A stretch of DNA of 45,111 bases, taken from Aeromicrobium sp. GTDB taxonomy: Bacteria; Actinomycetota; Actinomycetes; Propionibacteriales; Nocardioidaceae. A program made the position numbers and the translations under genes. Positions 27,163 through 36,700 of the stretch are shown here, in pieces. The stretch covers positions 1 through 45,111 of the forward strand of contig JBEVDF010000037.1 of the NCBI GenBank assembly GCA_040514145.1, given 5' to 3'. Position 1 is the stretch's first letter. Each line of letters begins with the position of its first letter. The notes beneath the pieces are model-generated. The model was not told where the DNA came from. It ran no database searches and saw only the letters and a list, made by a program, of their open reading frames with translations.

Positions 27163-28449
27163 TCAGGCGGTGCCGCCGAGACGCCGCGAGCCGACCGGGC
27201 GGCGCTGCGCGATGGTGAGCACCATCGACAGGTCGAGCTCGAACTCGTTGAAGACGCGCGCCATGCCGCCGTGCTCCCCCAGCCCCGAGGGGTCGACGGT
27301 GAGCAGGTGCAGCATCGACGGGCCGCCGGGCTCGCGCACGCGAATCTGGGTGCCGGGCCGCAGGCCCATGCTCGCGGGGAAGACGATCGCGATGTCGGAG
27401 GCGCCCAGACCCCGGCCGGCCGCGATGAGGCCCACGGCCAGCTCGTCGGCGAGGTCCTCGGTGTACTCCCGCGCGCACACGGAGACGGCCACGAGCTCGG
27501 CGTCGGACTCGACCACCGTGTCCACGGCTCCGGCGGGGGCGTTCGCATCGTTGAGTCGGCGGGCCCGGGAGCCGCGGTACGCCGTGAACCCGCCCTTCTT
27601 GGCCGCGCGCTCGGCGACCACCTGGACGAAGTCACCGAACAGCTTCTCGGTGTTCCACAAGAAGGCGCGGGTCGGACCGTCGGCGCGGCCGCTGGTGCCG
27701 TTCTGCGGGCCCATCGACAGCACCCGTGCGACGTCGAGCGCCTCGCTGAGGAAGCCGAACTGCGGCGTCAGCTGCAGGCCGTCCATGATCGCCGGCGGCG
27801 GCAGGTCGCGGGGTGCCTCGGGGAAGAGGTCGGCGTAGGCGCGCAGCTCGGACTCGAGCCACGGCTGCTGCACCGCGCCGGCCAGCTCGCCGCACGCCCA
27901 CTTCAGGGCGGACGTGACCGGGCCGTCGGCGACGAACTCGGAGAATCGGCAGTCGACGCTGTAGGGGTCGACGACGCGGCGCCACATCTTGGCCGCGTCG
28001 ACCTGCCCACGGATCGAGGCCGTGACGGCCGTGCGCTCGACGTAGGTGCGGGGCACGCCCTCAGAGGACGCGCGGCCCATGGCACCGGCGACGATCATGC
28101 CGAGCAGATCGGGCAGGCCCGCGTGGCGCGTGCCGCGATCGACCCGCGGCACCCACTCGAGCCGGTGGACCGTGGTCAGCATCGTCAGCATCGAGACGCG
28201 CCAGCCCGGGTCGTGGCGCAGGACGTGCGGCATGATCTCGAGCGTCGAGTCGCCGACGGCGACGAAGCCCGCGACGCCCCGGACCTGGATCGTGCCGGCC
28301 GCCTCGTCGACGACGAACGGCTCCTCGGCCAGGCCGAGGCGCGAGGCGAGCTCGGTCGACCGCAGTCGCAGCTCGTCGAGTTCGGCGGCGGTGCACGCGA
28401 ACGGCTGGGCGGGTCCGCCCTCGAGCAGGGTCTGTCCGGTCATCATCAT
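27163..28449 (-). CDS. McrC-like protein, apparently nuclease-inactive
   Basis: McrC-like N-terminal features ('GVAGFV..LEIMPH', 'YVE.....IRGQVD', 'C.FSEF', 'FLWNTEKLF.DFV'); ATGA-coupled to the McrB-like gene; no recognisable PD...DxKYK...QxxxY motif. Confidence 0.7.
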   Translation of the reverse strand: MMMTGQTLLEGGPAQPFACTAAELDELRLRSTELASRLGLAEEPFVVDEAAGTIQVRGVAGFVAVGDSTLEIMPHVLRHDPGWRVSMLTMLTTVHRLEWVPRVDRGTRHAGLPDLLGMIVAGAMGRASSEGVPRTYVERTAVTASIRGQVDAAKMWRRVVDPYSVDCRFSEFVADGPVTSALKWACGELAGAVQQPWLESELRAYADLFPEAPRDLPPPAIMDGLQLTPQFGFLSEALDVARVLSMGPQNGTSGRADGPTRAFLWNTEKLFGDFVQVVAERAAKKGGFTAYRGSRARRLNDANAPAGAVDTVVESDAELVAVSVCAREYTEDLADELAVGLIAAGRGLGASDIAIVFPASMGLRPGTQIRVREPGGPSMLHLLTVDPSGLGEHGGMARVFNEFELDLSMVLTIAQRRPVGSRRLGGTA

Positions 28450-30116
28450 CCACGCACCAGGAAGTCGAGAGCGATCGCGGTGTCCTCGTGGGACTGACCC
28501 ATCAAGGAGTCGACGGTCAGGGCACGGCCCGTGAGCGTCCGCGTACGGAAGGGGTAGTTCGGTGGAGCATTGCGCGAGTTCACGCGCAACAGGTCGGCCA
28601 GCTGGTCCGGACGCGCGCCGAAGCGGTCCCGGATCTGCGGCCAGATGTCGTGGTCCCACACGCGCTGGAGGTCCTCCCAGGACGTGATCTTCCAGAAGTA
28701 GAGATGCCCGAGCTCGTAGTCCTGCCCGAGCCGCTCGGTGATCTCGTCGTTCAGGTAGCCCAGCAGCGCCACGGCGGCGGCCTGCGGCGTCCACTGCTGC
28801 GCGTCGACGTCGGGCGCCGTGGCGATCTCGATGCTGACCCCGAGGTGCTGGGCCAGGAATTCCAGGTCGGCGTAGGCGTCGATGCGCTCGAAGCGGCGGC
28901 CGATCGCCGAGTCCAGCGGGGCGACGGCGCGGTCGACCGAGTTCATCGTCGCGAGGATGTTCACGTCGTGGGGGAAGGTCCACGGCTGGGGCAGCATGTA
29001 GGAGTCGCCCGAGAGCATCCAGATCGGCTCGGTGACCGGGTCGCCGGTGGGGCTGCGCTGCACCTTCGGCAGGTTCACCGGGATCGCCGAGCGGGAGTCG
29101 CCGTCGCGTCCGCGCCGGTAGGACGTGTCCATGAAGGTCATGAAGTCGCCGAGGATCTTCGGCACGTTGCCGCGGTTGATCTCGTCGATCACCAGCAGCG
29201 CCGCACCGCGGCCCTGGCGGTCGAGGCGGATCGCGAGGTCGAGCAGGCGACCGGCGAACGGCGCGAGGCGGATGCCCTCGCCGGTGGGGCGCAGGCCGAC
29301 GACGAAGTCCTCGTAGCCGTAGTCCTGGTGGAACGTGACCCAGTCGGTGATGACCGGCGGCGCGATCGGCGAGGCCTCGAACCCCGAGGTGAAGGGCTGG
29401 TCAGCGCGGTGGGGATCGATCTCGACGGCCTCGCCGCCGGTCCACGCGTCGTCGAGGATCTGGCGGACCTGGGCCACGGCGTGGGTCTTGCCGGTGGCGG
29501 GCGGGCCGTAGACGAGCACGCTCTTGCGGTCGCGGAAGGCGTCGAGGATCTTGCGCGCGAGCGGCGTCAGCGTCTGGAGCGACCCGCTGCCCACGGTGAT
29601 GACGCCCGACTCCGAGCCGGTGAACAGGGGCTGGCACGACGACGGCCAGCCGGCGGGCAGGGAAGCGCCCGTCGTGTGCCCGGCGAAGTACTGGCCCGAC
29701 TGGGTGCGCGCCACGTACACGTGCAGCCCGCCGAGCTCGGCCAGGACCGCCTTGGCGTCCTCGACCGAGGTGGGGATGCGCAGGTCCGGCCAGCCGTGGA
29801 GGGGCAGCCACGCCGGGTGCCGCTCGTGCCGTTCGTCGTTGCGGTTCTGGCCGGTGAGCTCGTACACGCCGTGACGGCGGTGGGCCTTGAAGACCAGCGG
29901 TGCCGAGACGTCGGGGTCACCGACGACGCGCGGGACGATGCGCACGTCCTGCCAGGCCTCCGGGGACAGCGTGCGGTCCAGGCCCACGAACTCCATGAGG
30001 TCGGGGATCTGGCGGATCTCCACGGTCGTCTTGCCACGGAGGCCTCGCGAGGACTTCTCCATCGTGTAGTAGTCCTCAGCGCCGATCTCGCGCCACCAGA
30101 TGCGCTCCACCTTCAT
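28446..30116 (-). CDS. McrB-like AAA+ GTPase with an unrecognised N-terminal domain
   Basis: Walker A GPPATGKT, 'VTFHQDYGYEDFV.G', Walker B 'LVIDEINRGN', McrB signature 'ATMNSVDR', 'LDSAIGRRF', 'LGHLYF'; GGAGG RBS before ATG 30116. Confidence 0.88.
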   Translation of the reverse strand: MKVERIWWREIGAEDYYTMEKSSRGLRGKTTVEIRQIPDLMEFVGLDRTLSPEAWQDVRIVPRVVGDPDVSAPLVFKAHRRHGVYELTGQNRNDERHERHPAWLPLHGWPDLRIPTSVEDAKAVLAELGGLHVYVARTQSGQYFAGHTTGASLPAGWPSSCQPLFTGSESGVITVGSGSLQTLTPLARKILDAFRDRKSVLVYGPPATGKTHAVAQVRQILDDAWTGGEAVEIDPHRADQPFTSGFEASPIAPPVITDWVTFHQDYGYEDFVVGLRPTGEGIRLAPFAGRLLDLAIRLDRQGRGAALLVIDEINRGNVPKILGDFMTFMDTSYRRGRDGDSRSAIPVNLPKVQRSPTGDPVTEPIWMLSGDSYMLPQPWTFPHDVNILATMNSVDRAVAPLDSAIGRRFERIDAYADLEFLAQHLGVSIEIATAPDVDAQQWTPQAAAVALLGYLNDEITERLGQDYELGHLYFWKITSWEDLQRVWDHDIWPQIRDRFGARPDQLADLLRVNSRNAPPNYPFRTRTLTGRALTVDSLMGQSHEDTAIALDFLVRG

Positions 30117-30262
30117 CCGTTCCGACCTCCCCTCGTTCACCGCTCAACGGCTCGGATCTCGCCTCGTGTGACCGTGAGACGACACTGCATTCGTCCCATG
30201 ACGCGACTCTCGTCACATTTTTCCCACGGGTCACCCCGAGGTGTCATGAGTACCATGCGACT

Positions 30263-30772
30263 GTGAGCTGGTTCACACGAGGTCGGCACCGCGAGCGCTT
30301 CGTCGCCCTCGCCGTCCCCACCCTCGACGGGAGCACGTGGCCGGCCGCCGACCCCGCCGCACGGTCCGGATTCGGCGCGGCGACGATGCACCGCCTGGGC
30401 CTGGACGCCGCGTTCACCCCGCAGGCCCACGAGGTCGCCGACCTGCTGACCGCGCGCCTCGTGCCGCTGCTGGCCCTGGAGACCTCCCCCGATGACCTGC
30501 CGCACACCGTCGACCTCCTGCGCAGCGCCGCCCAGGCAGGCGCGGGCCTGGGGTTGGTGGACGCCCGCAACACGTCGCTTGGCCCCGACCGCATGGGCGC
30601 GGACGTCGCCGGCGCGCTGGGCGAGGCCGAGCGCGACCTGCCGCCGATGCCCTCGCAACTGCGCGCCCAGGCGCGCTTCCTCATGCACGCCGGCCACCAC
30701 GTGGCACGCCTCGGACCCGAGGTGGTCCCACTTCTCGAGGCGCAGCTCACGGGCCGGGCCGACGCCGACTGA
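30263..30772 (+). CDS. Hypothetical protein
   Basis: Host-like codon bias; TACCAT-N6-GTG leaderless start; no recognised motif. Confidence 0.6.
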   Translation: MSWFTRGRHRERFVALAVPTLDGSTWPAADPAARSGFGAATMHRLGLDAAFTPQAHEVADLLTARLVPLLALETSPDDLPHTVDLLRSAAQAGAGLGLVDARNTSLGPDRMGADVAGALGEAERDLPPMPSQLRAQARFLMHAGHHVARLGPEVVPLLEAQLTGRADAD

Positions 30773-30808
30773 ACGCCGCCGATCCCCGCTCGGAGCGCGC
30801 GGAACGAC

Positions 30809-30920
30809 CGTTCGTCGCAGGATCCGGTCGTTCGTCGCAACTGCGCCGCGCCGGAAGAGCGGCCTGCCCGCGCCGCCTCTAGCGTCGTATGTGACCGCGA
30901 TCACTGTGACGTCGGTCACG
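30809..30920 (+). promoter_or_regulatory. actP promoter: direct repeats plus tandem CRP/GlxR-like boxes
   Basis: CGTTCGTCGCA at 30809 and 30829; TAGCGT at 30880-30885; TGTGA-N6-TCACT (30890-30905) and TGTGA-N6-TCACG (30905-30920). Confidence 0.7.
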
Positions 30921-30946
30921 TGTCCCATCACCGTGGAGGTGTTGCT

Positions 30947-31309
30947 GTGAGCAATCCGACCGAATCCGACTCGGCGTCCTCGGCGCCGACCGAACGCGAG
31001 GCCGCGTACATCGCCGTGCTCGCGTCACCGGAGTTCCAAGAGCTGAAGCGCAAGCACCGCAACTGGGTGCTCCCGGCCACCGCGGCCGGCCTGACCTTCT
31101 ACTTCGTCTACGTCTTCGCCTCCACGTACGCCGTGGACTTCATGAGCCAGAAGGTGTTCGGGAACATCAACGTCGGGCTCATCTTCGGCCTGCTGCAGTT
31201 CGTCGCGACGTTCGCCGTGACGATGGCCTACGTGCGCTACGCCGACCGTGAGCTCGACCCGCGCTCGGCCAAGATCCGCGAAGAGATGGAAGCCGAGGGC
31301 CTCGCATGA
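30947..31309 (+). CDS. DUF485 (YjcH-like) membrane protein
   Basis: 'SPEFQEL', 'FMSQKVFGNINVGLIFGLLQF', 'YVRYA...LDP'; GGAGG RBS; overlaps the actP start. Confidence 0.9.
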   Translation: MSNPTESDSASSAPTEREAAYIAVLASPEFQELKRKHRNWVLPATAAGLTFYFVYVFASTYAVDFMSQKVFGNINVGLIFGLLQFVATFAVTMAYVRYADRELDPRSAKIREEMEAEGLA

Positions 31310-32925
31310 TCACGACCTCCCTGGCCTCCCTCGCGCAGGCCACCGAGACCGAGCAGGTCGGCAACACCGCCCTGAACATCTCCATCTTCGCCGGCTTCGT
31401 CGTGCTGACGCTGGTGTTCGTCATCCGCGCCAGCCGCACCAACAAGAGCACCTCGCAGATGTACACGGCGGGCTCCTCGTTCACGGGTCGTCAGAACGGT
31501 GTCGCCATCTCGGGCGACTACCTGTCGGCCGCGTCGTTCCTGGGCATCGCCGGCGCGATCGCGCTCACCGGCTACGACGGATTCCTCTACAGCATCGGCT
31601 TCCTGGTCGCCTGGGTGATCGCGCTGCTGCTGGTGGCCGAGCTCCTGCGCAACACCGGCCGGTTCACGATGGCCGACGTGCTGAGCTTCCGCATGCAGGA
31701 GCGCCCCGTGCGCACCGCCGCGGCAGTCTCGACGCTCGTCGTGTCGTTCTTCTACCTGCTGGCCCAGATGGCCGGCGCCGGCGGCCTCGTGGCGCTGCTG
31801 CTCAACATCAACGACTCCTTCGGCCAGGCCCTGGTCATCGCCGGGGTCGGCGCGCTGATGATCGTCTACGTCCTCGTGGGCGGCATGAAGGGCACCACCT
31901 ACGTGCAGATCATCAAGGCGATCCTGCTGATCGGTGCCGCCCTGCTGATGACCGTGTGGGTCCTGGCGCAGTACGGCTTCAACTTCTCCGACCTGCTCGG
32001 TGACGGTGCCGCTGCCGGCGCCTCGCTGGAGCCGGGCAAGAAGTACGGCCTCGACGGAGTGACGAAGATCGACTTCATCTCGCTGTCGATCGCCCTGGTG
32101 CTCGGCACCGCGGGCCTGCCGCACATCCTCATGCGCTTCTACACGGTGCCGACGGCCAAGGAGGCCCGCAAGTCCGTGGTCTGGGCGATCTGGCTGATCG
32201 GCCTGTTCTACCTGTTCACGCTGACGCTGGGCTACGGCGCCGCGGCGCTGGTCGGCCCCGAGAAGATCGCGGCGGCACCCGGCGCGGCCAACTCGGCGGC
32301 TCCGTTGCTGGCCTACGAGCTGGGCGGCACCCTGCTGCTGGGCATCGTGTCGGCGGTGGCGTTCGCGACGATCCTCGCGGTCGTCGCCGGACTGACCATC
32401 ACCGCATCGGCCTCGTTCGCGCACGACATCTACGCGAGCGTGATCCACCGCGGGAACGCGCCGGACGGCCAGGAGGTGAAGGTCGCCCGCATCGCGGCGA
32501 TCGTGATCGGCATCGTGGCGATCTTCGGCGGCATCGCGGCCAACGGACAGAACATCGCGTTCCTCGTGGCGCTGGCGTTCGCGGTGGCGGCCTCGGCCAA
32601 CCTGCCGACGATCCTCTACTCGCTGTTCTGGAAGCGGTTCAACACCCGCGGCTGCCTGTGGAGCATCTACGGCGGCCTGATCATCACGGTCGGGCTGATC
32701 ATCTTCAGCCCCGCGGTGTCGGGCAACGAGACGGCGATGTTCCCCGACCAGGACTGGTCGTGGTTCCCGCTGGCCAACCCGGGCCTGGTCTCGATCCCGG
32801 CCTCGTTCCTGCTGGGCATCCTCGGAACGATCACCAGCAAGGAGCACCTCGAGTACAAGGCCGCCGAGATGGAGGTCCGTGCACTCACCGGTGCGGGCGC
32901 GGAGGGCAAGGCGCTCGACCACTGA
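31306..32925 (+). CDS. actP: Cation/acetate (monocarboxylate) symporter, SSS family
   Basis: '[18 protein letters not shown]', '[10 protein letters not shown]', '[14 protein letters not shown]', '[11 protein letters not shown]'. Confidence 0.93.
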   Translation: MITTSLASLAQATETEQVGNTALNISIFAGFVVLTLVFVIRASRTNKSTSQMYTAGSSFTGRQNGVAISGDYLSAASFLGIAGAIALTGYDGFLYSIGFLVAWVIALLLVAELLRNTGRFTMADVLSFRMQERPVRTAAAVSTLVVSFFYLLAQMAGAGGLVALLLNINDSFGQALVIAGVGALMIVYVLVGGMKGTTYVQIIKAILLIGAALLMTVWVLAQYGFNFSDLLGDGAAAGASLEPGKKYGLDGVTKIDFISLSIALVLGTAGLPHILMRFYTVPTAKEARKSVVWAIWLIGLFYLFTLTLGYGAAALVGPEKIAAAPGAANSAAPLLAYELGGTLLLGIVSAVAFATILAVVAGLTITASASFAHDIYASVIHRGNAPDGQEVKVARIAAIVIGIVAIFGGIAANGQNIAFLVALAFAVAASANLPTILYSLFWKRFNTRGCLWSIYGGLIITVGLIIFSPAVSGNETAMFPDQDWSWFPLANPGLVSIPASFLLGILGTITSKEHLEYKAAEMEVRALTGAGAEGKALDH

Positions 32926-32935
32926 GCGCCTGAGG

Positions 32936-32980
32936 AAACGACGATGGGGCGGACCCGAGAGGCCGCCCCATCGTCGTTTT
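32936..32980. terminator. Bidirectional intrinsic terminator
   Basis: 17-bp stem AAACGACGATGGGGCGG / CCGCCCCATCGTCGTTT(T) between convergent genes. Confidence 0.88.
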
Positions 32981-32986
32981 CGTGCG

Positions 32987-33574
32987 TCAGGTGCGCACGA
33001 GCCTGCGCGACAGGTCGCGGTGCAGCGCCTCGACCTGTCGTTCGTCCAAGGGGCCGCCCGACCGGAGCCGGCGCAGCGTCGAGCGGACCGAGAGCACGCG
33101 CACGCCGTCGACCTCGAACGGACGCATCGGCAGCTCGCCCTCGATGAAGCAGTAGCTCGTGTGCACGGGGGCGTCGGGCAGGGGGCCGGTCGACACGGCG
33201 GCCTGCAGGGCCTCGGCGTGCTCGGCCATCTGCTCGGCCAGGCGCGTGTGGCGCACGCCGTCGATCTCGAACGTGCTGCCGTCACGGCTGGCCCGGACCT
33301 TCTTGCCCGGGTAGGAGCGCGGCTCGATCAGGTGCACGCCCGTCGAGGTCACCGCGATGACCGGCAGGTCGCCGGTCTGGCCGGGGATGCGCCGATGGAA
33401 CAGGAACAGCACCCGGTCGCCGAACGCGTCGATGAGGATCGAGGCGAGCACGTCGGTGGCATCAGCCCGCTCGGGGGCATGGTCCGGGACCTGGGCGGCG
33501 TCGCCGCGGACGACGGTCAGTTTGGGGCGCGACAGCGGGTCCACACTGTGCACCGTCCTTCTGCTCATGCCCAT
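32987..33574 (-). CDS. NERD-like (nuclease-related) protein, catalytic residues apparently degenerate
   Basis: 'FHRRIPG..GDLPVIAVTSTGVHLIEPRSYPG' aligns by eye with the NERD core 'HD..ip...IDH..i.p.GvfvIEtK...G', with D>P and K>R; start is 33574 or 33568. Confidence 0.6.
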   Translation of the reverse strand: MGMSRRTVHSVDPLSRPKLTVVRGDAAQVPDHAPERADATDVLASILIDAFGDRVLFLFHRRIPGQTGDLPVIAVTSTGVHLIEPRSYPGKKVRASRDGSTFEIDGVRHTRLAEQMAEHAEALQAAVSTGPLPDAPVHTSYCFIEGELPMRPFEVDGVRVLSVRSTLRRLRSGGPLDERQVEALHRDLSRRLVRT

Positions 33575-33722
33575 GAGACGACCCTCACGGCACCCCATGA
33601 CGCGGTTTCGCGCGATTTGGTGTGAACAGTCGAAGTTTCCCCGGCTCACCGGGGAATCGACCGCCGTGCGGGGGAAACTTCCTCCCGCATGGCGATGGGA
33701 AACCCCGCATGGTCGTCCCCGG

Positions 33723-33744
33723 TGTCGGACCGACACGGCAGACT
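33723..33744 (+). promoter_or_regulatory. RecA-NDp/PafBC-type DNA-damage promoter upstream of recC
   Basis: TGTCGG-ACCGACACGG(10 nt)-CAGACT; the consensus is TGTCGG-N10-TA-N3-T, so one mismatch. Confidence 0.62.
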
Positions 33745-33753
33745 GAGGCCGAC

Positions 33754-36700
33754 ATGACCTTCCACCTGCATCGCGCCGAGCGCACCGACGTGCTGGCCGA
33801 CGGCCTGGCGACGCTGCTGGCCGAGCCGACCGACGACCCGTTCGCCACCGAGCTCGTCGTGGTCGCGGCGCTCGGCACCGAGCGGTGGCTGTCCCAGCGC
33901 CTGAGCCACCGCCTCGGCGCGTCGGCCGGAGGCGGCGACGGCGTCACCGCCGGCATCCGGTTCGCGCGTCCGCACTCGATCGTCGCCGAGCTGCTCGGCG
34001 AGGACGACCAGGACCCGTGGCGACCCGACGCGATCGTGTGGCGGGTGCTCGAGGTCATCGAGAGCGGCATCGACGAACCGTGGCTGGCCGCGGTGGCGCG
34101 CCACCTCGGGCAGGGTCACTCCGGACTCGAGCGCGAGCTGCGGCGCGACCGCCGACTCGGCGTCGCCCGAGCGCTCGCCGCCCGCCTGCACGCCTACGCC
34201 CGACAGCGCCCCGCGATGACCGCGGCCTGGTCGGCCGGCCGCGACGAGGACGGCACCGGTGAGCTCCTGCCGAGCGACGTACGGTGGCAGGCCGAGGTCT
34301 GGCGCCGCGTCCGCGCTCGGGTCGTGGCGCCGTCCCCCGACGAGCGCATCGCCGCCGCGATCGCCATGCTGGGCGGCTCGGCGGGCGCGGTCGACCTGCC
34401 CGCCCGGGTCAACCTGTTCGGCCACAACCGGCTCCCCCTCGGTGAGCTGCAGGTGCTGGCCGCGCTCGCGGAGCACCGCGACGTTCACCTATGGCTGCCG
34501 CACCCCTCACCCGCCGCGTGGGACCGCCTCGCCGACGCCTCGGACGTCGTCGCGCGCGAGGGCGACGGCACCGCCGAGCTCCTGCACAACCCCCTGCTGG
34601 CTGCCCTCGGGCGCGACGTGCGCGAGCTCCAGCGATCGCTCGCGGCCGTGGCGCCGCGGGCCACGGTGCATCCCTCGCTGCCCGTCGAGCGACCCGACAC
34701 GCTCCTCGGCCGCCTCCAGGCCGACGTGGCCGCGGATCGCCCGGGCTCGGCCGGCCCGACCCCCGCGCCCGGCGACCACAGCATCCAGGTGCACGCCTGC
34801 CACGGTCGCGCGCGCCAGGTCGACGTGCTCCGCGACGTGATCGTGGGCCTGCTGCAGGACGATCCCACGCTCGAGCCGCGCGACATCCTGGTCATGGTCC
34901 CCGACATCGAGTCGTACGCGCCGCTGTTCCACGCGGCGTTCGGCCAGGCCGAGATCCTCGGCGACACGCCCCACCACCCGGGTCACCGGCTGCGGGTCAT
35001 GCTCGCCGACCGGGCCGCGTCGCGCACCAATCCCCTGCTGGGCCTCACGGTCGCCGTGCTCGAGCTCTCGCGGCGCGGCCGAGCCACCAACGCCGAGGTG
35101 CTCGACCTGCTCGGTTCCGAGCCCGTGCGTCAGCGCTTCGACCTCGACGACGACGCGATCGAGCGCATCGCCGGGTGGGTCGAGTCCAGTGGGGTCCGCT
35201 GGGGCTTCGACGGGCCCCACCGCCAGCGGTTCGGCCTGCGGGTCGAGCACAACACGTGGCGCACGGGCCTCGACCGGCTCGTCGCCGGCGTGGCGGCCAC
35301 CGAGGACCCCGCTCGCCTCGTCGCCGAGGTCCTGCCGCTCGACGACGTGCCGAGCGGCGACGTCGACCTGGCGGGCCGGCTGGTCACCTTCGTCGACGGC
35401 CTCGAACGTGCCGTCGACGCGTTCGCCGAGGGCGCCACGATGGCGCAGTGGGCCGAGCGGATCGACGCGATGCTCACCGACCTGGCCGACGTCCCCCTGC
35501 GCGACGCCTGGCAGCGCCAACAGGTCGACCGCGAGCTCGAGCGCCTCGACGACGACACCACCGTGCTGCGGCCCGGCGAGGTCCTCACGATGGTGCGCGA
35601 GCGCTGGGCCGGACGCCCCTCGCGCGCGAACTTCCGCACCGGAAGCCTCACGGTCTGCACCATGGTGCCCATGCGCTCGGTGCCCCACCGGGTGGTGGCC
35701 CTCGTCGGCCTCGACGACGGCACCTTCCCCCGTGCCACCCACGTCGACGGCGACGACGCGCTGGCCCGTCGGCCGCTCACCGGCGAGCGCGACGCCCGCG
35801 CCGAGGATCGCCAGCTGCTGCTCGATGCCGTGATGTCGGCCACCGAGACTCTCGTCGTCACCTACACCGGGGCCGACGAGCACCGCGGCCAGGCGCGCCC
35901 GCCGGCCGTCCCGCTGGGCGAGCTGCTCGACCAGGTCCGCCGCACCGCCGGCGAGGTCGACGTCGTCACCCACCACCCGCTGCAGCCGTTCGACCCGCGC
36001 AATCTGCGTGCGGGCGCCGTCACCGACGATCCGCGGCCCTTCAGCTTCGACCCCGCCGCGCTCGCTGGGGCCCGCGCCAGCCTGCGGCCCCGCACCGAGC
36101 CCCCGCCCTTCCTGCCCTCCCCGCTGCCGCCCGCGCCGCGCGACGATCTCGCGCTCGCCGACCTGATCGCCTTCGTCCAGAACCCGGTGCGCGGGTTCTG
36201 GCGCCAGCGGCTCGACGTCCTGCTGCGCGGCGAGGAGCAGCTGCTCGACGAGGACCTGCCCATCACGCTCGACGGCCTCGAGCGCTGGCGCATCGGGCAG
36301 CGACTGCTCGACGACGCGGTGCGGGGCGTCGCGCCCGCCGACGCGTGGTCGGCGGTCTGGCGCGCCGGGATGATGCCGCCGGGCCGGCTCGGTGAGGCCG
36401 TGGGCAACGACGTCGGCACGCGGGTCGCCACCCTCGTCGGCGGCACCACGGCGCTGCGCGCGGGCGACGCCGAGTCCGTCGACATCGACCTCGCCCTGCC
36501 TGACGGGCGACGCCTCACCGGCACCGTCGAGGGCGTGCACGAGGACCGCCTCGTCACCGTCTCCTACTCCACCGTCCACGGCCGGCACCGGCTCCGCGAC
36601 TGGGTCCGCCTGCTGGCACTGAGCCTCCAACGGCCCGAGGTCGCCTGGGTGGCCCATCTCGCCGGGAAGGTCGGGCGCGGCACGGCCCAGGTCGTCACTC

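Noticed and set aside
27163-30772. Recently acquired defence island or mobile element
   Set aside because: No integrase, transposase, tRNA target or flanking repeats were seen, and composition looks host-like by eye.
30802-30813. GAAC-N4-GTTC resembling a LexA box
   Set aside because: It lacks the full TCGAAC/GTTCGA flanks, sits before a transporter, and is better explained as part of the direct-repeat motif.
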